Shown piece after piece: positions 11,157 to 23,618 of a stretch of 64,000 nucleotides of DNA. A program made the translations under genes and the position numbers. Below the pieces are notes generated by a model. The model saw nothing but the letters and a program-made list of their open reading frames with translations. It searched no databases and was not told where the DNA came from. Origin of the DNA: Marsupella aquatica (lineage: Eukaryota; Plantae; Marchantiophyta); assembly GCA_973895155.1 (NCBI GenBank), contig OZ316899.1, positions 519,573 to 583,572 of the forward strand, in the 5' to 3' direction. Positions within the stretch are counted from its first letter, which is position 1, and every line of letters begins with the position of its first letter.

Positions 11157-14100
11157 AAGAGCATTAGGTAAGTATCGCTCTAATCGAACCCTTAGTATCT
11201 GACAAGGTCCCTGTATGGGATGTCCTTGACGGAGAGAGGGTGTTGTTGCAAGAGAAGATACCTAAAGTTAAGACAATGGATCCTGAAAAACTGATTTTTG
11301 TGAATGTCACTTCTAACGGTAATCTGGGTGTTGCTTTGGTGGATACAGGCGTGACCGCCTGCTTCATAAGTGGGTAGGCGGCAGCTCGTCTTGGGGTGGA
11401 CGTGCAAGGGTTGCTACAACCGTTAGTGTGCAAGTTTGCTAACAACACAAAGGGGATAGTGTCGAGAGTAGTGCATAGACTTCGGGTAGAGGTCATAGTC
11501 GAACAACAAAATTTTGTTAGTCAGGAGATGTTCTATGTTCTAGACGGTCTAGCCGTAGACTTCATTTTGTCGGTAGGTTATCTCAGAAAGCACAATGTTA
11601 CCTTGAAACCGGGGGGTGAGGTGCTCCATTTTCCCAATAAGGGCGGTGAGCCCATCGTTGTACACAAAATTACCAAAAATAAAGAAAGATTTCTTAAAGT
11701 AAGTAAAGTGTCGTGGATGTCTTTGTGTGTATCGGCGAAGCAATGGTGGAAAGACTTCAAGGGTTTCTTCTTTCATCTCCACCCAACGAAGGAGGCTGCG
11801 TCACAGCCAAAGGTCAAGTCAGCCAAGGTCAGGCCCGACTGCGGTCGAATTCCTGAAATTTTAGAGGAATTCAACGACATGCTCTCGCAGAAGCTACCTA
11901 AAGGTTTACCCCCGCGGAGAGAAGTGGATCACCAAGTTGACTTGGAGCTGGGATCGGCTCCTCAGGCTAAAGCTCCTTATCGTCTAAACCTGAACAAGCA
12001 AATGATGTTGAAGAACGCCTTGGAAGAGTTGATCGACCAAGGGTTCATTCGCCCTAGTAAGAGTCCTTACGGGGCGCCCGCGCTGTTTGTGTCCAAAAAG
12101 GATGGTACTTTGAGATTGTGCGCAGATTACCAGGCCCTCAGTAAACAGACAGTAAAGAACAAGTACCCGTTACCTCATATGGATGACCTCTTTGATTGCC
12201 TCTCCGGGGCTAAAAAGTTTTCAAAGGTGGACTTGCGGTCTGGGTATTACCAGATCCGCATGGCTAAGGGAGACGAGTATAAGACCGCGATACGCACAAG
12301 GTTCGGATCCTATGAGTTTTTGGTTATGCTGTTCGGGTTGTGTAATGCAACGCAACGTTCATGAAGATGATGAATACCATCTTTCATGACTTATTGGACC
12401 AAGGAGTGGTCGTCTTTATTGACGACATCCTAATCTACTCGAAAACGTTGAAGGAGCATGAGCAATTGCTTAGAGAAGTGTTCTCTCGCCTTTGTAAGGC
12501 TCGTCTCTTTGCTAAACCTAGCAAGTGCGAGTTTGTGATGAACGAGATTCAATTCCTCGGCCATACCTTTACCCCGGAAGGGATTACGCCTAGTCAGGAC
12601 AAGCTTAAGGAGATCAAAGAATGGGAGAGTCCGTCCAATATAAGGCAAGTTAGAGCCTTCTTAGGATTTACGGGGTTCTATCGGAGATACATGAAAGACT
12701 ATGCGAGGATTGCGAGGCCCCTCAATGCGCTAACGTTGAAAAACAAAGTGTTTGTGTGGACACAGGATTGCGAGTTAGCATTCCTAGAACTTAAGCGGTT
12801 AATGATAACGCCGCCGGTTCTAAAGTTACCTGAGATGGGGAAGCCGTTTGAGATTTGGACAGATGCAAGTGATTATGCCATCGGCGCTTGTCTTCACCAA
12901 GATGGGCGTCCTATGGCCTTCGAGTCATGTAAGTTGAAAAATCACTGGATCACGCCGGAAAGGGAAATGTATGTTGTGATCTACGCATTGAAGAAGTGGG
13001 AGATTTACCTTAAGAACGGTCCCAAAGTGGAAATCCACACAGATAGCTCGCCTGCCGGGTACTTTAGTGCTAAGCCAAGGCTGAACCCCAAGGAAATGTG
13101 CTGGCAGATGTTCTTGGCGGATTTTGATTTCGAAGTCCGCCACGTTCCAGGGAAGACAAATATGGCAGCGGACGCGTTATCGCATAAGGACCAACATCGT
13201 GTCAATGGGATCACGATGCTCAAATCCAAATGGCCAAAGGTTCTGGCCGCGGTGTATGGGGATGACAGGTTAGCTAAGGATTGGCAAAGCAATGGGGGTA
13301 GTCGGGGCAAGGTAAGGCACGTATCGTTGGGGTTGGATACGACGCATAATGTCCAGTTATGGCGATACAAGCAGAGGCGTGTGTACATACCAGAGTCTCT
13401 AAGGTTAGAGGTTCTGCAAAAGTACCACGACTCGCCCTGGGGAGGGCACGGAGGACAAGCCGCCATGTATCGCAGCATGTCGCAAGATGTGTATTGGCCG
13501 AACATGAAGCAATCGGTCCTGCAACACGTGTAGAGTTGTTACTCGTGCCAAAAGAACCAAACGGTCTATAGGGCAAAAGGAGGACTGCTACAACCCTTAC
13601 CAGTAGCCGTGGCTCCATGGGAGTCTATCTCCATGGACTTCATTGTTGGATTACCTGAGTCCCACGACAGTAACTCCATCTTAACAATCGTGGATCGTTT
13701 TTCCAAGATGACGTATTTCTTGCCTACTACGAAGATGGTTTTGGCCCAAGAGGTTGTCGGTCTAGTGTTTGACAATGTCTTCCAACAATGGGGATTGCCG
13801 TTGCATATCCTGTCTGACCGCAATACCAAGTTCACGGGCCATTTCTGGAAGGCGTTGTTCCGGTTATCCGAAACAGACCTGACTAGGGGATCAGCATATC
13901 ATCACAAGACAGATGGCCAAACAGAATGGGTTAATGGTATCGTGGAGGACTACTTGCGTCACTTTGTGACGGCCAATCAAAAGGATTGGGCAAAGCATTT
14001 AACAATGGCCGAGTTTAGGTATAACTCGACCAAACATTCGGCAACGGGGTTTGCGCCGTTTGTGTTGGCCACAGGGAGGACGCCAAGGGCGCCCTCCTGG

Positions 14101-14673
14101 TTTGTAAATCCGGAAGCTTGGCGGACGGAAAGCAAGGTTCCTTCTGCGGACGATTTTATTCAAGAGCGGCGCCTAGTTGTGGAAGCGGCTACCAAGGGTA
14201 TGACCCTTGCCCAAAGTCGGTACAAGGAGCAAGGGGATAAACATCGATGCCAGGTAAGCTTTGAAATTGGGGAGAGCATCTAGTTGCAGTTGAGACCTGA
14301 GCAATACCACGGGAACATAAGTAGGAAGTTGGCTCCCAGATATGCTGGGCCCTATCGCATTATACGATGGGCCCACAAGGATAATCTGGTTTCGGTGGTG
14401 TTGGAGACACCCAAGGAAATGGGCGTGGGCAAAAGCTACCATGTTAGCCGGCTCAAGAAGTTTGTCAAAGACGATGATCCCAACCGGGATCAGGTCTTGT
14501 GTCCGGACGCCATGCTGGTGGAGGACACTGAGGAGTTTGAGGTGGAGGCAATTCTGGACCACCGTTACAAACGCAAGTTGGAAAGGCAAATCTTAGAGTA
14601 TTTGGTGAAGTGGGCTGGCTCTGATCAGGCCAAGAGTACTTGGGAACCAGAGGAAAATTTGGGTAATGCTTGA
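11157..14673 (+). pseudogene. pol: pol: protease, RT, RNase H, integrase and C-terminal chromodomain; several stops/frameshifts
   Basis: LVDTG protease motif; RT ([21 protein letters not shown]); RNase H (WTDASDYAIG); integrase (HDSPWGGHGG, SMDFIVGLP, SDRNTKFTG); chromodomain EEFEVEAILDH...YLVKWAG...STWEPEENL. Confidence 0.92.
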
Positions 14674-15150
14674 GAGATCCTTGGAAGCTATTGTAAGCGA
14701 AGCGGCCTACCGCCGTTGTGAACTGGTACAGGCAAGTGTAGCTACCTTTGTGAGTTGTATCCTAGTTTCAATCCTCTCGGCCTCTTAAGGATAAAGTCGC
14801 ATTGCGTTGGTTCTAGAGGTTGTTGGGCGGCCGGTTTGCTTTTTGCGAGTGGAAGTTGATGGTGCCCGCCCTACATCTGTGGGCGGGCTGGTTCGACCCA
14901 AAGGGGAGCGCCCCAAGGGGAGGGCATTGGGTCCGACGAGTTTGGAGTTAGCTTACCCGTTTGGACTGGCATCCTACTTGGATAAGTGGGATAGGTTGGA
15001 ATTTCCTAAGTTTGGAATGCACATACCAACCTGGTTTGCATCAGCCTTATGGGCAAACCATTTGTTACCTCACAATTTTTTTTAAAAAGGCCCAAAGTGG
15101 TCTAGGCGTGTTGGAACGTTTACTGTGGTCACGCGGACGTGACCATTTTT

Positions 15151-15159
15151 AAGGGGGGG
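15151..15159 (+). promoter_or_regulatory. Polypurine tract of family C
   Basis: AAGGGGGGG just upstream of the 3' LTR. Confidence 0.8.
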
Positions 15160-15163
15160 TGCA

Positions 15164-16052
15164 AGTCGCGGAACTCGACTACATTAACACTTAGCTCCGG
15201 CATCGCTGACTCCGACGCCGAGCTCCCTTATGGTCCAAGCCCGAATAGGCCATCCGTGGAGGACTTAGCATGGGGAGACTTGTGGGCAATGAGATGTGGC
15301 ACTAGCGAGGCAAGGGGCCAAGCTGGGGACACACACTAAGGACTTGGACTAGCCTATGGCTGGTCGGGTCAAGGGGAAATGGGTCGGGCTCAAGGATGGC
15401 CGTCCGGACCGTCGGATGGACTTTGAGTTCTGAGGGCTTGGGAGTGAGCTCCTCTTGGGCCCAAGGCCAATGGAGTTGACGCCATTGGCAACGGACGCTT
15501 GGCACGCGAGTTGCGGCCCGATCCGGGTTGGGCCGGTTGGGGGCCCCGAGTGGCGATCAGACCTGAGGGCCTAGGCATGAGCACTGGGTCGGCCCGGTCA
15601 CAACGGGCTAAGGCACTCCGCTTGCGGATGCCTATCAAGAAAGTTATGGGCGTTGCCAGTTGGTGGCGCGCCCATTATGCGCGATGGGATCCGGGTTGGG
15701 GGCCAAATGTTTAGGGACCAAAGCTGGTCCGGGGGTGGCAGGCATCGGGAGGACCTATCGCTGACCTATTTACCAACGTCTGTTGAGCTTGAGTTAGGAT
15801 ACTAGACTTGACGAGTTCTAGATCTGGAGGGGTTACTTACCGAGGTGCTTGGTTGCTTGTGCAGACAGTGAGGACCGTCGAGTAGCGATCATGTAGGTGA
15901 ACAAGCGCGGCTTCGTATGGGAGTGGCCGTAGGTGGTGCTAGAGGCACTTGGATGCTTGCTCGAGGTATTCCGTGGAGGCTTTCAGGCACCAAGGGCACT
16001 TAGGCGCAAGTGCTGGGATTGGTGAGGGCGCTAGGTGGCGAGGTTCATCACT
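15164..16052 (+). repeat. 3' LTR of family C (889 bp) with ~594-bp internal deletion
   Basis: Colinear with the 5' LTR except that the equivalent of ~8573-9166 is missing (junction at 15740/15741). Confidence 0.9.
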
Positions 16053-16427
16053 CTTTCTCAACAATCTGTTCAATACCAACACCCAATCCAAGCTATCAAA
16101 TTGTCAACAATAAAATCAAGATGAAATCAAACTTCTGTCTCCACAATAGTTCAAAGCCAATATTTCAATGTAATATTCAATAGTAAATTGAACAATAATT
16201 GGTACCAATCAAACAGTGATCTTGCCCAATGCAATCACACATGTTGTCAAACCCAATTCACCTTGTGCTTCAAGGATTTCATATTCATACACACAACCTA
16301 GTTAGCCACACCATAGCCACTAGAGTTTGTGCTCCAAGGCTAACATTGAAAGATGAGGCTTTTGAGCCAATACAAGCGCATTAACTATCCCTCATAAACT
16401 CAAACTAAACATTAAATGCTCATGTGA

Positions 16428-18420
16428 GGAAAAAAAGTCAAGGTGAGAAAGATTTTATGCTAGAAGATGGTGAGGTAAGAAAAAGATGTAAAGATATGGA
16501 AAAGAGGTTGAGGAGAGAAAAGATGTTTAGGGTGAGGAAAAGATGTCGTGGTGAAATAAAGACGTCAAGGTGAGAAAAAAACGATGAGATTAGAAAAAGA
16601 TGTCAAGTCATGTAAAAAAAGATCTCAAGGAGAGAAAAAGCTAGGTGAGGAAATGAAGTCAAGATGAGAAAATACCAAAGAGAGAAAAGATGGCGAGATG
16701 AAAAAACGATGTAAAAATGAGGAAAAAGTTGTCAAGGAAAGAAAAGATACCAAGGTTGAGGAAAATATGTTGTGGTAAAATAAAGATAGCAAGGTGACAA
16801 AAAGTTTGCAAGATGAGAAAAAAATAAGATGTAGTTGTGGAACTCGACTACTTCAACACTTAGCTTCGGCATTGCTGACTCTAACACTGAGCTCCTCTAT
16901 GATCCAAGCCCTCGGAACGACCATCCGATGGGGACTAAGTATGGGGAAACTAGTGGGCAACAAGGTGTTGCACTAGCAAGGGCAAGGCGCTAAGCCGATG
17001 ACACACACTAAGGACTTAGACTAGCTTGAGGCTGATCGGGTCATGGGAAGGGGCCGGGCTCAAGGTGGACCGTCCGGACCCCAAACAGACTTTGAGTTCT
17101 GAGGACTTGAGCGATGGCCCAAGGCTAAAGAAGTTTACTTCATGCACAACGTATGTTTGGCGCATGAGATACGGTGCGGCCCAAGTGTGGCCGTCCGGGA
17201 CCCTCGAGTGACGACGGGTTTTGAGGGCCTAGGCATGAGCACTGGGTTGGCTTGATCATAACAGGCCAACCCAGTGCCTGTCTAGTTAGAAGTCTATGAA
17301 TGTCTAACTAGATAGTTATGGACATAGCAAGTTAATTGCATGCTCATGGGTGCAAGTTGGAGTCAAGGTTAGGGGCCAAATATAAGGGACCAAAGCCGGT
17401 CCAGGGGACGGTGGCAAGTCTCCAGAACATATATGAGGGTAGTGATGTTTTCCTAGGGCCAAGTGCAATCCAAGTTGTGAACCACGGCAATCATGACACC
17501 AAGAGAAAACATCAAATAGAAACGGTGATAATTTCTCAACATGAATTTCCATTTGGGGACTTCTTGGATGCGTTGGAAAACTTTTGAGGAGGATTACATC
17601 CTCCTGAGCTCAGTTGGGTCTGGGGGATGCCATGGACTCTAAGCTTTCATTGGCGCGACAAAACAAAGTAGGCATGGAGGTTGAGTTCCAAGTGCACTTG
17701 GCCCCTAGACTATAAGTTGAGCGAGAATCTTGAGTTGGTTGCTAGAGACGGGGCCAATCTGGTCCCAACATTTTAGGATAAGTTTGGGCCAAGCTAAGCA
17801 ATTTGGGTTATGAGCATGCCTTGGGGGCAGTGTGGTCAGCCAGTGACGGATAGAAAGTGGGGAAGCACAGACGGCACCCCAAAGAGGGGCTGTTTAGGAC
17901 GAACAATGGGTGTTGGCTTTGGCTTTGGCTTATGGCAAGGCCATGCAGACCCGAGAGGTTCTATTTGCTAACTCGTTTACAAATGTTCGTTGAGCTTGAG
18001 TTAGGATGCTAGTCTTGGAGGCCTAGATCCTACGGGTTATTTACCGAGGTGTTTGGTTGTCTGTGAAGACAGTAAAGACAGTTGAGCAATGGTTATGTTA
18101 GGAAGCAAGTGTGGCTTTGTATGAGAGTGACCGCTAGAGGTGCAAGAGGTACCAAGTTGCATCTTCAAGGAGGTCCGTTTAGGTGCTCGAACACCAAGAG
18201 CACTTAGACGTGGGTGTTGGAATTGGTGAGGGCACTGGGTGGCAAGGTCCACCGTTGATGTCGAGGTGAGAAAAGATGTCAAACCAAGAAAAAAGATATC
18301 AAGGAGAAACAAAGATATCGAGGGTGAGAACATATGTCGAGGTGAGATAAGTAGATAAATATGTAAAGATCAGAAAAATATTTTTAATATTCAAAAAATA
18401 TGTGAAGGCGAGGTAATTTT
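16428..18420. repeat. Degenerate purine-rich minisatellite (~19-20-bp unit, GAGAAAAGATGTCAAGGT-like) split by a solo LTR
   Basis: Recurring units at ~16428-16832 and ~18257-18420. Confidence 0.65.
16833..18256 (+). mobile_element. Solo LTR, diverged family-C member
   Basis: Starts AGTTGTGGAACTC, ends CCACCGTT (mutated ACT end); TSD GATGT at 16828-16832 and 18257-18261. Confidence 0.85.
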
Positions 18421-19205
18421 ACGATGTAGTTTGATCAATCTGTTCATTAAAAGTAAATTATTATAAAAGTGAACAAAATAAAATACACTTTTAATGAATA
18501 GGGTGATTTTGAGACATGTTATGTGTGATTATGACCATAATATATATTGATGATTGTGTTCAATAACACACGCATTGCACATAAAAATTGGAGATGCAAA
18601 TATTTACCATCGCATCATAAATTCTAAACAGAATCAAATAGAAAAAAATTTAAATTATTTAAAGAGAAGTAACCATTTATATATTTTATTTATATTTAAA
18701 AGTTTTTTTTACAAAATTTTAATTTTTAATATTTTAAAATTTTAATCATTGTGTTTTATCTAGGGTAGGCCGAAGAGGACCAAAATGTATTGACCTATCT
18801 AGAGGGAGGTCTTTGATCCCCCTATAGGTCTATTTTCCTTGTCTTATTGGATCACTTTTTGTTGTTTGTAAATTGTGTATTTCTATTTCAATCACATTAT
18901 ATTAAATTCTCCTTTTGCTTCATTTTTACTCTTTAGTTAGGTTCTATAAATTTGAAATGTTAGATTTTTTCTTTTTGGGACACTGTAAATTTGAATGATA
19001 ATCATTTTAAGAGTTCTTTTTTGGGGACACTATAAATTTGAATGACAATCACCTTAGATTCTCTCTCTTTTTACACTATAAATTTGAATTTAATAAAAAT
19101 TATAGCAAATGCAGCTTAGTATGAGAGTGACAGCTAAATAGAATAAAAAGAATAAGGTTACTACAATATAGGGTTCATTGTTTTTACGTGCTTGAAATGG
19201 AAAAC

Positions 19206-19465
19206 ATCTAAGGTATCTATATCTTCTGTACCTACATAATATCATACACTAATACTACCGTTCCAATTGGTGTGACAAACCCCTCCATAATACCATACAC
19301 TGATACTACCATTCAAAATGGTGTGTCAATATCTAAAGTATCTATGTCTTCTATACCTACACAATATCATACACTAATACTACCACTAATACTACCGTTC
19401 CAATTGGTATGACAGACCCCTCCATAATAACACACACTGATACTACCATTCAAAATGGTGTGCCA
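19206..19465. repeat. Tandem duplication of a ~125-135-bp unit
   Basis: ATCTAAGGTATCTATATCTTC...ATACTACCATTCAAAATGGTGTG occurs twice (~19206-19327 and ~19330-19465). Confidence 0.7.
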
Positions 19466-20545
19466 GACCCCTCGCAGAGGTAAGGAGTGTACGAGACATG
19501 GAAACACAATCAAGGAAGGAATGGCTTTGTGGAGTGGCCCAAGATACAATAGATGTGCAACAACAATAATCTTTGTCCAAAGCTGGCAACAAGTCATTTG
19601 TGAGATACACAAGCAAACCAATCTGCATCACTCATTACTTGTCTTCGAGCCATTGATCTCAAGGTAAATCTTTCTCACTAGCAAAAGAACTGGAATTGGC
19701 TGAACCTGATGCACTGCAAACAATTTTGAAGAGACAGTCTAGTGCTGACCAGGCCATCACAAAACTAGCAGTGACAGGCTATAGCTGACCACGGCCAGTA
19801 TGTGTCAGGCTGACCGGGCCAAACTAGTAGAATGCCCCTGAACTAGACCACCTGGGTCCACCAGGTTTCTGCTGGGCATTGGGGTATAAGAGTTACAGTT
19901 AAGAGGTTGGGACAAGTAATACACGTATCACATAGAACTTAAAACTTGCCCAAAACTAACTCCAGATATGATTCACTTTGAATATTCGTAGTAGGTACGT
20001 GTCCATAACAGATTGACAGGTTTAAGTACACGTACTCTTGTGGAACGAGACTGCTCGTTTAACTGTTTCCTGGGCTAAATAGTTAGGAGGAAGTTGCGAC
20101 TTGTTGCCAACAGACACTAAGAAAAAGTTCTGTACGTGGCAGGTATTAAACCCACCTGATAGCAGGCATATAATAATTCGTAATAAACAAATTCCCCTCC
20201 CCAAAGTATATCAACAAATAACTTTCCCGCAACTGAAAATTCTATGTGCACAATAGAGACGAGCCAATCGTTTCCTTCCAATTACGTACTCAAAAATCAT
20301 GTTGTCATGGGGAAGCCTCAAGCCCGCGACATATATGAAACAACAGGCCATAGTAATGTAAAAGTTAAGCAGACCTCAAGCAAGCTCTCCCTCTCGAAAT
20401 GCTCAAGGAAAGCCAACAGTCCTGGGGTGGACAATTTTTGCTTGCCTAAACACAAATGTTAACTGCCCTCACCCTCAGGCATAATTGCCAAAAGATTTAT
20501 CTCCGTTCCACTCTTTCCTACGCAATGACAGCCCAATGCAGATAT

Positions 20546-23500
20546 TTATTTTGCCAATTTTCCTCCATGATGGAAACGGACCACAACGCAAGTTATGTTA
20601 TCTGCACTCCCTTTAATGTAAGCTTCGGACGTCAATTTTGTCGCTGCATCTTGTGCATCATCGATAGCTTGAACCATAGATACGGCATCCTGCCAAAGTA
20701 CATTTCAAAAGAGCAACTTTAAGCTTGACAACCTTTTAGCAGCATCCAGACTTCAGCAGACAAAATTGTCCCTGGTTTGGCGCTGCAGAACGTCTCCGAA
20801 GAAAGTATTATCGGTACTTTTCAGTTATATTTCGTCGTTCATCCTTTCAAAAGTTTATCAGTCATCAACACAGCCAATCAGAGTACAATGTACGATATCC
20901 ACCTTGTCCCTCGACAAGAAATAATCAAATGGAAAGCATGAATAGAATCTATGGTCACCTGATTTGACACCACATCCCACAGTCCATCACTGGCTAGCAC
21001 CAAAAACTCCACATCATCTCTAATTGTCTCCTCCTGGTGCATCAGAAGGAACAATATTTGAGCATCACCATGTACATGCTTCCGAACTCCGTCAGTGTTT
21101 GCACTCGATTGACAATGAAACCGACAATTTAACCGGAAGAATAATCAGGCGACGTTCCTTCCAAGACTATCCTTTCTGGAAGCTACATCAAATCATGTAT
21201 TCGTGCAACATGAGAGATCCACCTGTATTTCCGGCTCCGCAACAACATAACGCTTAAGAAGTCGATCTCCGAAAGCACGAGATACAGCAAGAACACCCCC
21301 AACACGCCAGGTGCCTGCAATCGAAAAAACCATCCAGAGACAGACATTTCAAAACAACACTTCCGAAAATGAAAATGCTCCAAATATTGCGGAAGCAAAC
21401 CAAATTCCTCGGCCATAACGACGAGGGACTCTAAAGCACAGAACCAGTTGGTGGAATCAAAACTGAATACCAGCCCACATGACAACCCCTCCTGCTTCCT
21501 CGATTCGTTGTCGCTCGTCATCTCGATTTGGCTTGTGATCCTTAGAAAGAGCAAAAGCTGGACCACACACAATCAGTCGAATTCATGAATGAAAATACAA
21601 TTCAAACTATCTAAACCTGATGCTTCCTAATATTGCCACTCACTGTACTCAAGAAGGTAAACCTATTGCAAACAAATATGAGCCAACAAAAGGACAGAAT
21701 GACAGTAACTTTCAATTCACCTTTTCCAGCTCTGCAAATGACTGCTCTAGAGTCACCAACATTGGCAACAAGCAAACGCTCTCCAACCAGGACTGCAGTG
21801 GATGCAGTTGATCCGGCATCACGGTGCTGGCTATGCTCTGCATTGAGATATTCGAGATCTGTCTGCTTGTAGGTCTCCACTGTTCAGGAAGGCAGGAAGG
21901 AGTGGATCTGTATCAGAAACTGTAAACTGTAATCTGACTAGTCAGCATCTACTAGTTGGTGCACAAGTACAAAACAGTGTGCGACTCATGAATGCTTTAG
22001 AACGAACGGGAATACCTACGCCCCACGTAAGTATGAAACTTGTGGTTTCAATACGGCCAAATACCACAATTCCAGAAGCAACAATATTACTAATCCAGGA
22101 CGGGCCAAATCCGACAGTGGAGAGGAAAACAACAAAGCATACTTATAGCTTGCTTGGTATCCACCACAAATTTAGGATGATTGATTAGATTATCAAATAG
22201 CTTCTCCTTGACGTACTCAGCTGCTCTGTTGCCACCGTGCCCTGACCAAAACGGCATGACCAACATCAGCTTCGTAGAAGCCCTAGAACTGTAGAAAAGA
22301 CTTCCAACGCTTTGAAACGCGTAATCAAATCAGTCTAGGCATCAACGGATGCACCAGTATTTCAAAAGATGTGTTCAGTCAAAAGACAAATAAAAGAATG
22401 AGATGCGAATTTGTCCAAGGCACACCATCAAATACACCAAATAAACCAACTGTCTTTCCCTCAATTTCTGAAACTTTGGTCGAGTAGCAATCCTCCATAG
22501 AAGCTCTCTTTCCTCGCAGGCTGGAATACCCGTAACTGAACCAACCATCTTGGCTGTCCAGACAAATGAGGCGCCCAAGGTTAGCTCCTGAACGATATTG
22601 TCGTAACTTCGCTGTAATCTCTCATTCAATTTAACGATCCTTTACATATTAGAAGGCAGGGTGGTCCTGAGACACCACTTAAAGTATAATTTCTGACACC
22701 ACGGTTTTGTACTTCCCTAGACAACGTCACGAGAGCATAGCATATGAATGTAAACGAGAAAGGTCACATTTGTGCAAATCACAAGCTTAGCTTTCTTCTG
22801 TTTTGAATCTCTGTTCAATAACCACCCACCAAATCTACTAGACAACTATATTAACATTCTCCATCATAGGAAGAGAGCGAAACAGAAAGCGGAAACAACA
22901 CAACCTCGGTAGCTTAAAATAATATCGAAGACTGCGAAGTTTGACCTAGATAGTTCCAAGAGGTCGAACCACTCCGAAGCATCAGACATAACAATGATAC
23001 CTCGGAAATACTCGTTCCAAGTGAAACTACAATACACTAACAAAGTGCCAATGTATATGGAGAAAAGCAGGAGTTACGTTATTACGACGATTTGTATGCT
23101 CTTATAAATTTATCGGCTATTTATCCATAAATACATGAGACCAGGGTGAAAGAGACGAGGGTGCATTACAGAATCAGCAATTTGCAATCAAAAGGTCCAA
23201 TCAAGTATCAGCCGCAAAACGTGACTTCAAAACACAGAACAGATAACACCTTGAGACTGTACAAAGAGACAGTTGACTGCAAACAAAGATCAGTTCTCGT
23301 GTCAAACTTAAGCCCTTCGCTGAAGGCTGGAGAAAAAACTACCGACTCGACCTGCGCTTGAAAGTATTCGACGTGAGAAAAAGATGAACGCAAACGAACA
23401 CTGAAGCCTCGCATGTCTTGCAAAAAATGCATCCTGTCGTGGCTACTTACCTCTGTCCCTTGGTAGTTCTCCATTCTGCCAACTGGAGGTAGAACAACGG

Positions 23501-23618
23501 GAAGAAAAGAAAGAATCAACTACGAAAGCGTGGCTTACCTTACTCCACCACCACTTTTGTTGTCACTGCCAAATGTACCATCCTTAGAAACTACGTTTGC
23601 CGCTCCAAGACAGCTCAT
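20546..23618 (-). CDS. PP2C: Protein phosphatase 2C (clade-F-like), intact, 8 coding exons, 287 aa
   Basis: Exons 23539-23618, 22426-22553, 22143-22241, 21721-21879, 21471-21557, 21223-21314, 20959-21033 and 20546-20689; all GT-AG and phase-compatible (864 nt). Motifs [61 protein letters not shown]. Confidence 0.95.

Larger units (their letters stand above)
8005..16052 (+). mobile_element. Full-length chromodomain-bearing Ty3/gypsy retrotransposon (family C), decayed
   Basis: Two LTRs, PBS, gag-PR-RT-RH-IN-chromodomain, PPT; 5-bp TSD CTTTC at 8000-8004 and 16053-16057. Confidence 0.95.

Noticed and set aside
8005-16052. Canonical TG...CA termini for family C
   Set aside because: No TG/CA placement gives matching TSDs; AGT...ACT does in three insertions.
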